A stretch of 64,000 nucleotides of DNA from Mustelus asterias (GCF_964213995.1 NW_027590140.1:992001-1056000); one strand, 5' to 3'; counted from the first letter of the stretch, positions 51,810-63,699 are shown. Made by a program: numbers and translations. The notes: generated from the sequence alone by a model not told the origin.

Positions 51810-53917
51810 ATGTTTCTGAGCTTCACTTTTGTGATTATTTTCCTGGATTTCTTACTGTTCTCTCAGTCTAAGTGTGGTCACAATTTCTGACAGGAATATT
51901 TCACACCTCAGCAATGTTATGTTCTGTTAAATTGTACTCAGCTTGATTGTATTATCTCGAATTGTGAATACAATTGTACTTCATTGTGCGACATTATATT
52001 ACGATATGTTATTACTGCAAATGTACATATTCTTCCCAGATGCCGCTGGCAGTGAAGAGCTATCACAATCTCCGGAGTGAGTGGTTGTTACCGAGGGAGC
52101 CACTGCATCGTTGACCTGTTCAACCACAGTAGACAAGTCCTACAATGGTGCAGACAAAATCCTGACAGAACCATAGAAACCATAGAAAATTACAGCTCAG
52201 AAACAGGCCTTTTGGCCCTTCCTGTCTGTGCCGAACCATTTTATGCCTAGTCCCACTGACCTGCACTTGGACCATATCCCTCCACACCCCTCTCATCCAT
52301 GAACCCGTCCAAGATTTTCTTAAATGTTAAAAGTGACCCCGCATTTACCACTTTATCCGGCAGCTCATTCCACACTCCCACCACTCTCTGCGTGAAGAAG
52401 CCCCCCCCTAATATTCCCTTTAAACTTTTCTCCTTTCACCCTTAACCCATGCCCTCTGGTTTTTTTCTCCCCTAGCCTCAGCGGAAAAAGCCTGCTTGCA
52501 TTCACTCTATCTATACCCATCAAAATCTTATACAACTCTATCAAATCTCCCCTCAATCTTCTACGCTCCAGGGAATAATATTCAATCTCTCTCTGTAACT
52601 CAGCTTCCCAAGTCCCGGCAACATCCTTGTGAACCTTCTCTGCACTCTTTCAATCTTATTTACATCCTTCCTGTAACTAGGTGACCAAAACTGTACACAA
52701 GACTCCAAATTCGGCCTCACCAATGACTTATATAACCCTACCATAACACTCCACCTTTTATACTCGATACTCCGATTTATAAAGGCAAATGTACCAAAGG
52801 CACTCTTTACGACCCTATCCACCTGTGACGTCACTTTTAGGGAATTCTGTACTTGTATTCCCAGATCCCTCTGTTCAACTGCACTCTTCAGAGGCCTACC
52901 ATTTACCCAGTACGTTCTTCTTTGGTTTGTCCTTCCAAAGTCCAATATCTCACACTTGTCTGCGTTAAATTCCATTTGCCATTTTTCAGCCCATTTTTCT
53001 AGTTGGTCCAAATCCCTCTGCAAGCTTTGAAAACCTTCCTCACTGTCCACTACACCTCCAATCTTTGTATCATCAGCAAACTTGTTGATCCAATTTACCA
53101 CATTATCATCCAGATCATTGATATAGATGACAAACAACAATGGACCCAACACCGATCCGTGCGGCACACCACTAGTCACAGGCCTCCACTCAGAGAAGCA
53201 ATCCTCCACAACCACTCTCTGGCTTCTTCCATTGAGCCAATGTCTTATCCAATTTACTACCTCCCCATGTATACCGAGCGACTGAACCTTCCTAACTAAC
53301 CTCCCATGAGGGACCTTGTCAAAGGCCTTGCTGAAATCCAGGTAGACAACATCCACCGCCTTCCCTTCATCCACTTTCCTGGTAACCTCCTCGGAAAACT
53401 CTAATAGATTGGTCAAACATGACCTAACACGCACAAAGCCATGTTGACTCTCCCTAATAAGTCCCTTTCTATCCAAATATTTGTAGATCCTATCCCTTAT
53501 CACACCTTCCAATAACTTGCCCACTATCGACGTCAAACTTACTGGCCGATAATTTCCCGGATTTCTTTTGGAACCTTTTTTAAACAACGGAACAACATGA
53601 GCCACCCTCCAATCATCCGGCACCTCCCCCGTGAATACTGACATTTTAAATATGTCTGCCAGGGCCCCTGCAAGTTCAACGCTAGCTTCCCTCAAGGTCC
53701 GTGGGAATACCCTGTCCGGTCCTGGGGATTTATCCACTCTGATTTGCCTCAAGACAGCGAGCACCTCCTCCCCTTTAATCTGTAAAGGTTCCTGCAGCAC
53801 CTGGTGAGCGATCAGGGCAGGATCACGGCTCGATACAGTTTCGCAGAGAAACGCAGTGTTCTGAATGTCAGTGAACTGGACTGACAGACACCGCTACCTA
53901 GTTCTGTGCGATGGAGG
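51810..53917 (+). pseudogene. TCR alpha/delta-type V pseudogene split by CR1 (leader 51810-51867; V exon 52040-52172 plus 53792-53917)
   Basis: Leader MFLSFTFVIIFLDFLLFSQ with donor mutated to CTAAGT; EELSQSPE*VVVTEGATASLTC..VLQWCRQNPDRT|LQHLVSDQGRITARYSFAEKRSVLNVSEL-LTDTAT*FCAME. Confidence 0.88.
52173..53792 (-). mobile_element. Young 5'-truncated CR1 LINE
   Basis: ORF 52553-53800 encodes RT; nearly identical to 16620-18254. Confidence 0.97.
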
Positions 53918-53956
53918 CACAGTGGAGCAAAAACCATTTGGGGCTGTACAAAAACC
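53918..53956 (+). other. 23-bp-spacer RSS (consensus)
   Basis: CACAGTG + 23 nt + ACAAAAACC. Confidence 0.95.
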
Positions 53957-54145
53957 TGCTGCGATCATCCGAAAGCTGTATAGTCTGTGTAGAGAGCAGG
54001 GGATTTAATCACTCCCTTTTTTGGATACGCACCACAGTCACCCTATCAGTGAGATCTGTTCCTGATTTGGGGTTACTCTTTGATATCAAGAGAAGGGACA
54101 AAATACATTTAAATTCGGTTGTTTTCTGTGGAAATGTCATCCGGG

Positions 54146-54530
54146 AAACACGTGTTCCGTGGTGCTTCCAGATTGAAATAACCGTGCTATTCGGTAAGTT
54201 AATATTCAAATAATCCTTATCTATTTCCTGTGATGGATCCAATTCCAGTCTGTTTGGTTGCAGGGACGAGTGACACACGTTGAATTTCCCAGAATCCATC
54301 AGAGTTGAAGGCTCTGGAGGGACAGACAGTAACGTTAAGGGACAGCCACGCCATATCTGGAAGCTTTCTGTATCAATCTAGACAGAGCAGTATTCTGGGT
54401 AAGTTACAGAATGTTTCATGAGGAAGTAGAGGCCCAGACATTGAGATAAGCCCCAAGATATTTCCGACCGGTTCGCTGTTGATTTGAACGAACAAAGGCA
54501 ACAATGCACCTGTTCGATAAATAAACGACG
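54146..54530 (+). pseudogene. 3'-truncated TCR V relic with a short upstream exon and 70-bp intron (54194-54263)
   Basis: G|GTAAGT..TTGCAG|; *ISQNPSELKALEGQTVTLR..SFLYQSRQ..DISDRFAVDLNEQ; no YYC or RSS. Confidence 0.65.
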
Positions 54531-55009
54531 AAGTCATCCCACTTTCACAGAAAAGTGGACAGGGATCGATAAATGTCAGTTATTGCATTGTTATTTGTTA
54601 CCATCTGGAGTAGGGCGCCGCAAACTACAAGGGAAGAGCATTCAATAGTAAATTTCAAAATGAATTGTCAGACCTTGAGAACGGAATGCGTGGTGAAAAG
54701 GACAATTGGGAACGACCTTTCATAGAGCCACAGGGAGAGTCAATTGTTTCTGATCCATTCACGCCCGTCCGTCACTATTTCTTTCTCAGTCACTTGAGCA
54801 GTGACCAGATGCAGGCTTGTCACCAACTGCTGCAAATTCAGCCGTCGCTATTTCCACTGCCGCTGAGAACTTTGCATTTTCATCAGCTTTGAGTCTGCGG
54901 TGTCCCCGGCCACAGCTTCCGTTTGCTGTTCTCACTCGAACACCATTGTGAGTTTCTAGACATTGCTGTCGCTGGTTAATTTCTGTCATTGGTTAGATCA
55001 GCAGCGCAA

Positions 55010-55282
55010 CTTTTAAGTGTATTTATTAGTGTCGCAAGTGGGCTTACATTAACACGGCAATGAAATTATTGTGGAAATCACCTAGTCGCCACACTACGGC
55101 GCCTGTTCTGGTCAATGCACCAACCAACACGTCTTTCAGTCTGTGGGAGGAAATCAGGGCACCAGGAGGAAACCCACACAGACACGCGGAGAACATGCAG
55201 ACTCCGCACAGACCATGACCGAAGCTTGGAATCGAACCCTGATCCCTGGCACTGTGAGGCAGCACTACGAACCACTGTGCCA
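55010..55282 (-). mobile_element. SINE (HE1-related)
   Basis: GTGGCACAGTGGTTCG head on the minus strand with an HE1 body. Confidence 0.8.
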
Positions 55283-56253
55283 CAATAACATAATAATTAA
55301 CCAGCAGAACCACAGGCTTCCTCTGGAAATTGATCTATTTTTAAATTAATTTGATTCCAAAAACTGGGCAAACCTCCTTTTGAAGCACCTCCCGATCCCG
55401 AAATCTCTAATATCTGGAAGGACAGGGGCAGCAGACACAAGGGGACATCACCTCCGGTCACACACCATTCTGACTTGGAAATGTATCGCCATTCCTTTAG
55501 ATATGCTGGGTGCGAAAACCCTTCAAATCACTTTACGAATAATACCTTTAAGATTTTGTGTAGCGGGCAAAAGACTAGAAATGTGAGGAAGCAAAAGTGC
55601 AAGAAAGTGAGAAATAAAGATTTCAAAATGCAAACTAAAAAGGTACGAACAAAATATAAAGAAATCCATAAATAAAGGGAAATGCATTTCCTCTCAACTG
55701 ACTCGCATTTCCATTGCGTCTATTTGCAGTGCTGAATTGTTTGAAACACATCTCTCAAAAGAAAACCACTGGAAAATGTATCATTGACGACCTTGCACAT
55801 TTTTGGTGATCGGGACAGTGTACAGTTCCCTGACTCACCGTCAGAGGGCGCTGTCATCGCATGTTTCTCCTCGTTCCCAACCGGGAATTCCTGAAAAAAG
55901 TTTCGTGGAGCGATTCCCAGTGGCAGCCGCACCCGGAGCCTTATTTCACTGCTCAGCCTCTGATCCGCCTTACCCGCCCTTGTATTATTTAAGATGATGC
56001 CGCCGATGTCCACTATTCAGTACTGGTTATATCAGCAATGTGCTGGGCCGGGAATCTGTATTCCCGCTCCCGCAGAAGATTCCCGAATCTGCGGAGTTAC
56101 AGACTGACATAAAGGGAAGCGGAACCACAGTTCATCGCTTTTCATCATGATCATTATTCGTCAGCACGTTTTCCCAGTTATAAATATCTGTTGTCCTCCT
56201 GACTGCTGTCACTCAAATCTTACTGTCGCGAAAGAATGATGACTTATTTGTTA

Positions 56254-56441
56254 AAAGCAAATTTCTGCGGATGCTGGAACCTGAACCCAAAAGGGAAAAC
56301 GTTGGAAACTCTCAGCAGGTCTGGCAGCATCAGTAAGGAGAGAAAAGAGCTGATGTTTCAATTCCAGATGACCCTTTGACAAAGCTTTATAGTCAGATCT
56401 TTTCTCTGTTACACATGCGGCCAGACCTGCTGAGATTTTCC
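56254..56441. mobile_element. Penelope-derived palindromic element with 15-bp TSD
   Basis: ATGACTTATTTGTTA at 56239-56253 and 56442-56456. Confidence 0.75.
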
Positions 56442-59142
56442 ATGACTTATTTGTTATTCTTCGGTCTTTAATCTGTCATGTGCAGTTTCCTGTTCTAGCC
56501 CTCAGTCCACTGATTCTGATCCCGGTTTCCGCCCTTTCACTAACCCCTGGATTTGTTCTGCCAGGGTATCGAACTGGGGAATAAATTTCCTGCAGTAACT
56601 AAACAAACACATCACCCGCCGTGCCCCGCGCATTGTTGTGGGTCGGAGCATGTTAGCGATGGCGGTTTTGCGGTCTGTGGGAAGAATCTTGTTTCCCTGA
56701 ATTATGTCACGACCCAAGTATCGTACTGTAGTCTGTCCGATCTGAGCTTTTCTTGGGTTTTCCTTGAATTCCGTCATCTCCAATGTGCACAATCCTGTGG
56801 CCCGAGCTCCCAAATGTTCACGCTCAGTCTCCGAGGCTATCAGGAGGTCATCGACGCATTGTAAGATAGTGCTATTATATGGGGCGAGATCGGATTTTTC
56901 TAAGTCCCTATTCATGACTCGGTGGAAGACGTTTGGGCTGTTATGAAACCCTTGCGGTTAGCGGGTCCAGGTATCTCGCTTTCCCTTTGAAGTAAAAGCA
57001 AACTTCTCCTGTGATTCCGGATCTAAAGGGACGGACCAGAATCCATTTGCTATGTCTAGGATTGTGAAAATTCTGTATTCTGGGCGGAGTCCATTGAAGA
57101 TGGTCGTTGGACTGGCCACCATAGGGTGTTCCCTCAGGGTCACCTTATTTAGAGCGGTGTAATCTATAGTTAAATGGTAACATCCGTCCGGTATCCAGAT
57201 CGGTCACACTGGCGAGTTGGTGACCGAGACCGCTGGACGTAGGATGCTTTGCCGGACTAGTTCCCGCACTATCTCTTCCTTGGCCTTCAGGGACTCTGGC
57301 TTGATGGGATATTGTCGGTGCGGCGGGTATGTTGGCCCTGCAATCTTTTCTGAGGTCGTTTGTATAAGACCACAATCCTGCTTACTAGTCGCCCACACCC
57401 CGGGAATGGCCTGGCATAACTTCCCAAATGCTCCATCCTTTGACCAATCTCTTGTCAGGGGGTCCGTGTTTGCGCTGGCTATCTTGGGAACATTCCGCAA
57501 AGAGGCCCATTTCCCGACCATCCGGTCTTTGTGTCACTTTTTGGCGGTCCCGATTAGCTGTCCACTTCGGGCATTTACAATTGCCCCTAATTCCTCTCGG
57601 TCGTCCATTCCCAAGATGGAGCCCTCAGGTTAGGACATACCCAAAACTGAGCGGGCAGCATTATTTCATCTATCTCTAGTAATGTTGGTTCGCTTTTATA
57701 TGCATTAATTTTCTCTTCCCCCCCACCTCCCCCACACCACCACCACCACTCCAATTACCGTGATGTGGTGTGGGGTAGAGGGAATGTCCAAATTAATTAA
57801 AGGCACCGAAGCCCCCGTATCAACTAATGGTGCATTAACCCACATACGGGGATCGGTTCCTTTCCAGGGGGCCAACGCTATTCGCGGCATCGGGTCTGGA
57901 TGATACCGTGCAATCATCTGGTTGACATCAGAGAGATTCTCGTCGGAATCTCTGTCCCTCTCCCGGTACCGTTGGGGCCCCCTGACCTCCTGACCGCCCC
58001 CTTTTCCCCAACATTCCCTTGCTTTGTGTCCCATTTTATTACAATTTCTGCATTTCTTTCTATTGTCTCGTTTCGGGGCTCTACATTCGGCGCGATGTTG
58101 CCCTGGTTTATGGCAATTATAACATGCCCCCTCTGTCTTTGCAGCGGCAATGGCGCTGGTGTCTGTCATATTCAGCGGGGCAACGACGACTACCTTAGAT
58201 TTCTGGTGGTTATCTACAACCGTTGCCCAACTTTCCAAATCACCATAATTGTTAAAAGATACCAGCCCTGACTTTAGTATCGCCTCGTGCTCAAGACTAA
58301 GTCCGTCATGATATAATTGGAGGAAGGCTGGGGTCTGCCGATCGGCATTTGGCACACCGCTATGTGCACGGAAAGATTCAACTTCCTGTTCCCATATTCT
58401 TGTGCTCCTTCTCCTTTGTTTTGGGTGACCCCTACGATGGCATTCCAATTTCCGGGAACCTGACCTAGGGTATCAATTACGTCGGCGTTAAAAGCCAGGA
58501 AGTCTTGGGCGTTTGCGGTCAGCTCCGCAGACCAAGTTCCATCCTGGTGGGCACCCTGCAATCGCAGCCAGTAGTTTTCAGGCATGAGGATGAAAGTACC
58601 CAGACTGCCTCCTTCCACCTGTGTGACCTCATGTCTCAGCCCATCCAAATTCCTGCCTTTATAAACCTCCATACGCTCGACTATTCCCCAGTTCAACTGG
58701 CTTGAGTTCTTCCGGGATTCTGCTGCCTGCTGCCTGCATTTTAACTCGTTCCAAGGCCTGGTCACACTACATCCCTGTGCTCCCATTCCAGTAACATCTC
58801 AATGTTAAAATCCCTCCCTAACCTTGCCCCCGTTTATCTCTGTAACTTCCTCCAGCCCAACAGCCCTGCGGTTTCAATCATTCTGCCCATCCCTCATTTT
58901 AATCAGACACCCACTGGCAGCCATGCCTTCAGTTGCCTCCAAGTTCTGAAGCATCCTCCCTAAAGCTCTCTGATTCTCCTCATTTTTGTTCTAACTCGCC
59001 CCGCAACATCCCGATTGTGGATTTGATGGCAGACCTGCATTACTTTAAGCTTCTGCCAGAAAACTGCGTTACTACTGTGCGGCTTCAGTACAGATAATTT
59101 ATCCAGCAATGCCATAGTCTCCCCAGGGGATAGGGAGACATA

Positions 59143-59484
59143 TAGAATCATAGAATCCTACAGTGCAGAAAGAGGCCATTCGGCCCATCGAGTCTGCACC
59201 GACCACAATCCCACCCAGGCCCTATCCACACATCCCTACATATTTACCCACTAACCCCTCTAACCTATGCATCCCGGGACACTAAGGGGCAATTTATCAT
59301 GGCCAATCAACCTAACCCGCACATCTTTGGAGTGTGGGAGGAAACCGGAGCACCCGGAGGAAACCCACGCAGACACGAGGAGAATGTGCAAACTCCACAC
59401 AGACAGTGACCCAAGCCGGGAATCAAACCCAGGTCCCTGGAGCTGTGAAGCAGCAGTGCTAACCACTGTGCTACCGTGCCGCCC
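59143..59484 (-). mobile_element. HE1-type SINE inserted in gag
   Basis: Full-length head and (GATTCTAT)n tail. Confidence 0.92.
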
Positions 59485-60312
59485 ATTATGTCAACCTCAA
59501 CTGAGGTGGTCGTGCTGGTGCCCCCGGGGGCTACTCCCCACATTCCCAGTTCGGCAGGAATCGCTGGGATGTATTCAATCTTTCCAGGGGCTGCTGTAAA
59601 TTGAGTCTCTGGGTCATAAGGGGCGGGGCGTCCCGCTTCCTCCCGAAACCTTTACTGAGCAGCTCTAACGTCTTTGTTGTCCAATCTACATCCACGGTAT
59701 AAGACGGGATTTGTTCCGTGACTGCTGGCAACACTGTCTGTCCTGTCAAAACTGACAGCTGTTGTTTTGTGCTGTTAACATATGCATTTACCTTTTCTGT
59801 CAGAACTACATGGGCACGAAGTATTAACACCAATGCCTTTTCATCCTTTACTTTCATTTCGGCCTTCCACCACTCCCACTGGTTTTCTGGGGGGTCGTGG
59901 GGCTTCCAACCTGATTTGTCAATAACTTTCTTATTTTTCTCCGCGGCTCAAGGAGCCTTCTGGCCCCCATTCGAGCTCGCTTTCCTTACTTATAATGATT
60001 GGGTGGGATTAGAACCGTTAGAAATCCACTCTCAGAAGTCCACGCTTACATTCGCGCTACTTGGAGTGGACACGTCTCTTGGCTAATTGTCTGACACAAG
60101 TCGGTTACTTATTCTAATACAATAAACAATATCCGGCAATGCCTACGTCTCTTAACGAAATACCCACTGCCGTTTTGTCTGCTGGCCACACCCTATTCAC
60201 AAGTTCGGAAATTCGTCAGTCGCCGAACATCACCCATGTCCCGGGATATGTCTGTACTGATAATGAGTAAATATACTCACCCGGTCCTCTGATGGCATCG
60301 GTCGACTGAGAA

Positions 60313-60330
60313 ATCCGAGTCACGGCACCA
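60313..60330 (-). promoter_or_regulatory. Primer-binding site complementary to tRNA-His
   Basis: TGGTGCCGTGACTCGGAT, 3 nt after the LTR end; splice donor GG|GTGAGT at 60280-60275. Confidence 0.93.
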
Positions 60331-60333
60331 AAC

Positions 60334-61102
60334 TGTTAGCGGGAGAGAATCTCAAATAAATCACTCAACACTCAGGGTTGGTCCTCGCATCAAACGGTTT
60401 ATTTTCGCCGGCGGGGAGATAGCTTCTGTTAAACCCAGTGCCTCTTTCCGATGAACAAAGGAAAAACATCCATTCTTATACATTTTTCAAACATCTACAC
60501 AGTCCATCACAGCTGGACCTTGTCCAATAATATTGATTACAGATTACATACAGCTGTCACATATCCAATGAAAACGGTATTACGTAAGGTGGGCTTGTGC
60601 ATGATCAGCTCGTGGTCTCATGGACACGACTCATGGTACCTCAGTCAATATTATCGTTCTTTCTCCCATCTGGAGTCCTTGAGTGTGCAATACTCCTTGC
60701 CCAGTGGGCCTCCTTATCATCTCCCATGACTGTCCTCCCTAATCCTCCGTGTCTGGTTTTCATCCGAGACCTCAGATCATAGACTGGGACCAGTCACCAG
60801 TATCTGTGTTCTATTGTATACAAGCTTATGCTCAAGCCAGCTAATGATGTTCAGGAATGTGGCCAAAAGCTAGCATCCATCTTGTGTCGTTTTACTATCC
60901 TGAGCTCCTTTTAACATGGTGGAGTTTTCATGCATGCCCTTTGTGATCGTATAACAGTAAATTCATACATATTTATTATATATTATTTATTCCTACTCAT
61001 ATAAATTGCTATACAGGCACCTTTGAATATAAATTGTTATACATGCAGCTAAACCAAGGATATTGTTTCCTCTTAACCTATTCTTTAAATCTCCCCTCAA
61101 CA
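60334..61102 (-). repeat. Retroviral LTR
   Basis: TGTT...AACA termini; TATAAG near 60480-60475; AATAAA at 60403-60398. Confidence 0.82.
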
Positions 61103-61500
61103 TCATCTTCCGTCGAATAATTTCAACCAATTGTTCTCAGTAATTCTTTTGTTATTCAATATTTAATGTCAATACGCTATTTAACACAAATGTCCTCATT
61201 ATGAATTGAATATCTCTGCATTTGAATATCACTGAATAGCAAACATAACTGACCAACAAATGGAATCGAGTCACCGGGTAATACAGATTCCATGGTGCTC
61301 TATTTGCGATTGACCACATTCAGCTTTTGAACAAAGTCAACTATCTTTGAATGGAAGAGATTGAAGAATTATCTGTTAGTTACACTTGAGCCTTTTTTAT
61401 TAGGGGCGTGAAACATTCAGGCACATAAATTCCGGCAATCTATGGGATAGTCCAATAGATCCGCACTGAGTCTCGATTTCCTCATCTGTCTGAGTATTTC
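61103..61500. repeat. Displaced fragment of the tRNA-Val array spacer
   Basis: TCATCTTCCGTCGAATAA..GAATCGAGTCACCGGGTAATACAGA matches 32157-32200/34705-35060 and 36795-37270. Confidence 0.85.
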
Positions 61501-62890
61501 TGCAGCTCAGAAACAGCTGCACAGTGGGAGGACCCCGTCACTGTGGTCCATGTAGCTACCAATGACATAGGTAGGACAAAGGAGGAGGATTTGCATGGTT
61601 AGTATGAGGACCTAGGTATCAAATTAAGAAGCAGGATCTCAAAGTTCATAATCTGTGGATTATTACCTGATTCACTTGCTAATTGTCTTAGGACAAATCA
61701 GATCGGAGGGATGAATGTGTGACTCAAGGACTGATGTTGGGAGCATGGTTCTGTTTCATGGGACACTGACACCAGTACTGGGGAAAACAGTTTAAAACTA
61801 AAAAGTGGACAGGGAATCAAATTAGGGGCAAGGAATCAAAAAAATTATATAAATGACTGGATGAAGAGAAGTTTGGCAAATTTGCCGATGACACAAAGAT
61901 AGGTGAGAAAGTAAGTTGTGACGAGGACATACGGAGGGTTCAGAAAGACAGAAAGATTAAGTGAGTGGGAAAATATCTTGCAAATGGAGTAGAATTTGGG
62001 CAAATGTGAAATTGTCCATTTTTGCAGGAAGAATGAAAAAGAAGCATTTTGTCTAAATGGTGATAGATTGCAGAGCTCAGAGATTCAGAGGTACTTTGAG
62101 TGTCCGAGTGCATAAATCACAAAACACGAATAAGCAGGTAAAGCAAGTAATTAGGAAAACTATTAGAATGTTTTCATTCATTGTGAAGGGAATTGAATAC
62201 AGAACTAGGAAGATTATGCTTCAGTTGTACAGGTCACTAGTGAGACCGCATCTGGAGTACTGTGTACATTATTGATCACCTTATTTAAGGAAGGATGTAA
62301 GTATGCTGGAGACAGTTCGGAGAAGGTTTATCAGACCAATACTTGAAATGATGTGGAGATGCCGGTATTCGACTGGGGTGGGCACAGTAAGAAGTCTCAC
62401 AACACCATGTTCAAGTCCAAAAGTTTTATTTGGAATCACGAGCTTTCGGAGTGCTGCTCCTTCCTCAGGTGAGGAAGGAGCAGCGCTCCAAAAGCTCGTG
62501 ATTCCAAATACACCTGTTGGTCTTTAACCTGGTGCTGTGAGACATCTTACAATGCCTGAAATTGATGGGCTGTGTTATGAGGAATGGTTGGACTGGCTGG
62601 AGTGTATCCGCTGGAGTTTAGAAGAGTAAGTGGCGACTTGTTCCTGCAGGGTCTTGACAGGAAGGAGGCAGAGAGAATGCTCCTTCTTGTGGGATAATCT
62701 AGAACTAGGGGTCACCCATTTAAAGTAGGGATGAGATTCCTTCTCCAAGTGTCGTGAGTCTTTGGAGCTCTCTTCCTGAAAAGGTGGTGGAAGCAGAGTC
62801 TTTGAATATTTTAAGGCCGAGGTAGATGGATTCTTGGTAAGCAAGGGGGTGAAAGGATATTAGGGGTCAGCCGGAATAAGATTTAAGGTT
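61500..62890 (+). mobile_element. Old deleted CR1 (ORF1 esterase fragment plus ORF2 3' part) with a nested Penelope-derived palindrome (about 62350-62552)
   Basis: VVHVATNDIGR, KFADDTK and RPHLEYCV motifs. Confidence 0.8.
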
Positions 62891-63262
62891 ACGAGCAGAT
62901 TAGAGAGTAAAGGCCCATTCTGCTCAATCTCTTCTCATTGGCAGTCCTGTCATTCCACGAAGCAGTTGGTGAACATTTCTTTCTCTTCCTCTGGGGCAAT
63001 TCTCTGGGTAAGAAGACCCAAACTCTGCAGCGTGTTCCAGGTGCGGTTTCACCAAACTCGACAAAATTGCAGAAAGATTTCCTCACTCTGAAACTGCATC
63101 CCCGGGGAATAAATGCTAACCGACCATCTGCATCCTAATGTCCTACTGTATCTACATGCTGTCTCTTTGTGATTTGAGGACAAGTATTCTCTGATTCTCT
63201 CTGAACTTTTCTCCGTCTCTCACCTCTTTCTGAACTTCCTCCTTTTCCATTCTCACTCTCAG

Positions 63263-63423
63263 TCTGTAGGGTGTTGGGAAATTCGAATCAGCTCTGGCTG
63301 CAGTATCTCGACTACTTCATCATCGACCTGTTGGGGTTGGCCCTGGCCATCTACAAGTGCCAGGTGATGGGGCTGCTGCCCACTCACGCCTCCGACTGGT
63401 TGGCATTCATCCAGCCATCCCAG
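63263..63423 (+). pseudogene. EMC4: Isolated EMC4 (TMEM85)-like exon
   Basis: Polypyrimidine-CAG acceptor and CAG|GTGAG donor; open frame [53 protein letters not shown] matches the EMC4 C-terminal signature [25 protein letters not shown]. Confidence 0.85.
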
Positions 63424-63699
63424 GTGAGAGCGGCACTCGGTATGTGAGGGGGAGCCAGGAAAATAGGAAGAGGAAACCATGCAGGGCTCTGGAGCCTGAG
63501 AGATTGAGTAGATTGTGCCAAATTTGTTTTATGCATTTGTGGGGCATGGGCATCGCTGGCTGGTCACCATTGATTGCCCATCCCCAGTTGCTCTTGTTAA
63601 TTAGATGTGTTTGAGTGGCTGACATCCTCGTTGTGATTACATCTTCCCGAGATTCTTGACAATCTCAACTGGCAGGAACCGCAGTTTCAATCGGAAGAC

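Larger units (their letters stand above)
56460..61102 (-). mobile_element. Endogenous retrovirus, 3'-truncated (5' LTR, PBS, gag, pro, RT)
   Basis: Two CX2CX4HX4C-type knuckles (first one imperfect); LVDTGAS protease; RT motifs QYPIKP, LDIANGFW, WTR*PQGFHNSP, QCVDDLL; frameshifts and stops throughout. Confidence 0.92.

Noticed and set aside
54020-54045. GGATACG..CACAGTC resembling a TCR D segment
   Set aside because: No flanking nonamers; likely chance
55860-56250. Possible further V relic (ERF..LYY, SYRL..EPQFIAF, RESV motifs)
   Set aside because: Motifs fall in different frames and inconsistent order, with no Cys/Trp anchors or RSS
56460-56510. Plus-strand AVxxxALS resembling a V 3' end
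   Set aside because: Better explained as ERV pol on the minus strand (VD*GLEQETAHDRLK)
60313-60330. tRNA-His gene fragment with CCA on the + strand
   Set aside because: Only 18 nt and adjacent to an LTR; it is the retroviral PBS
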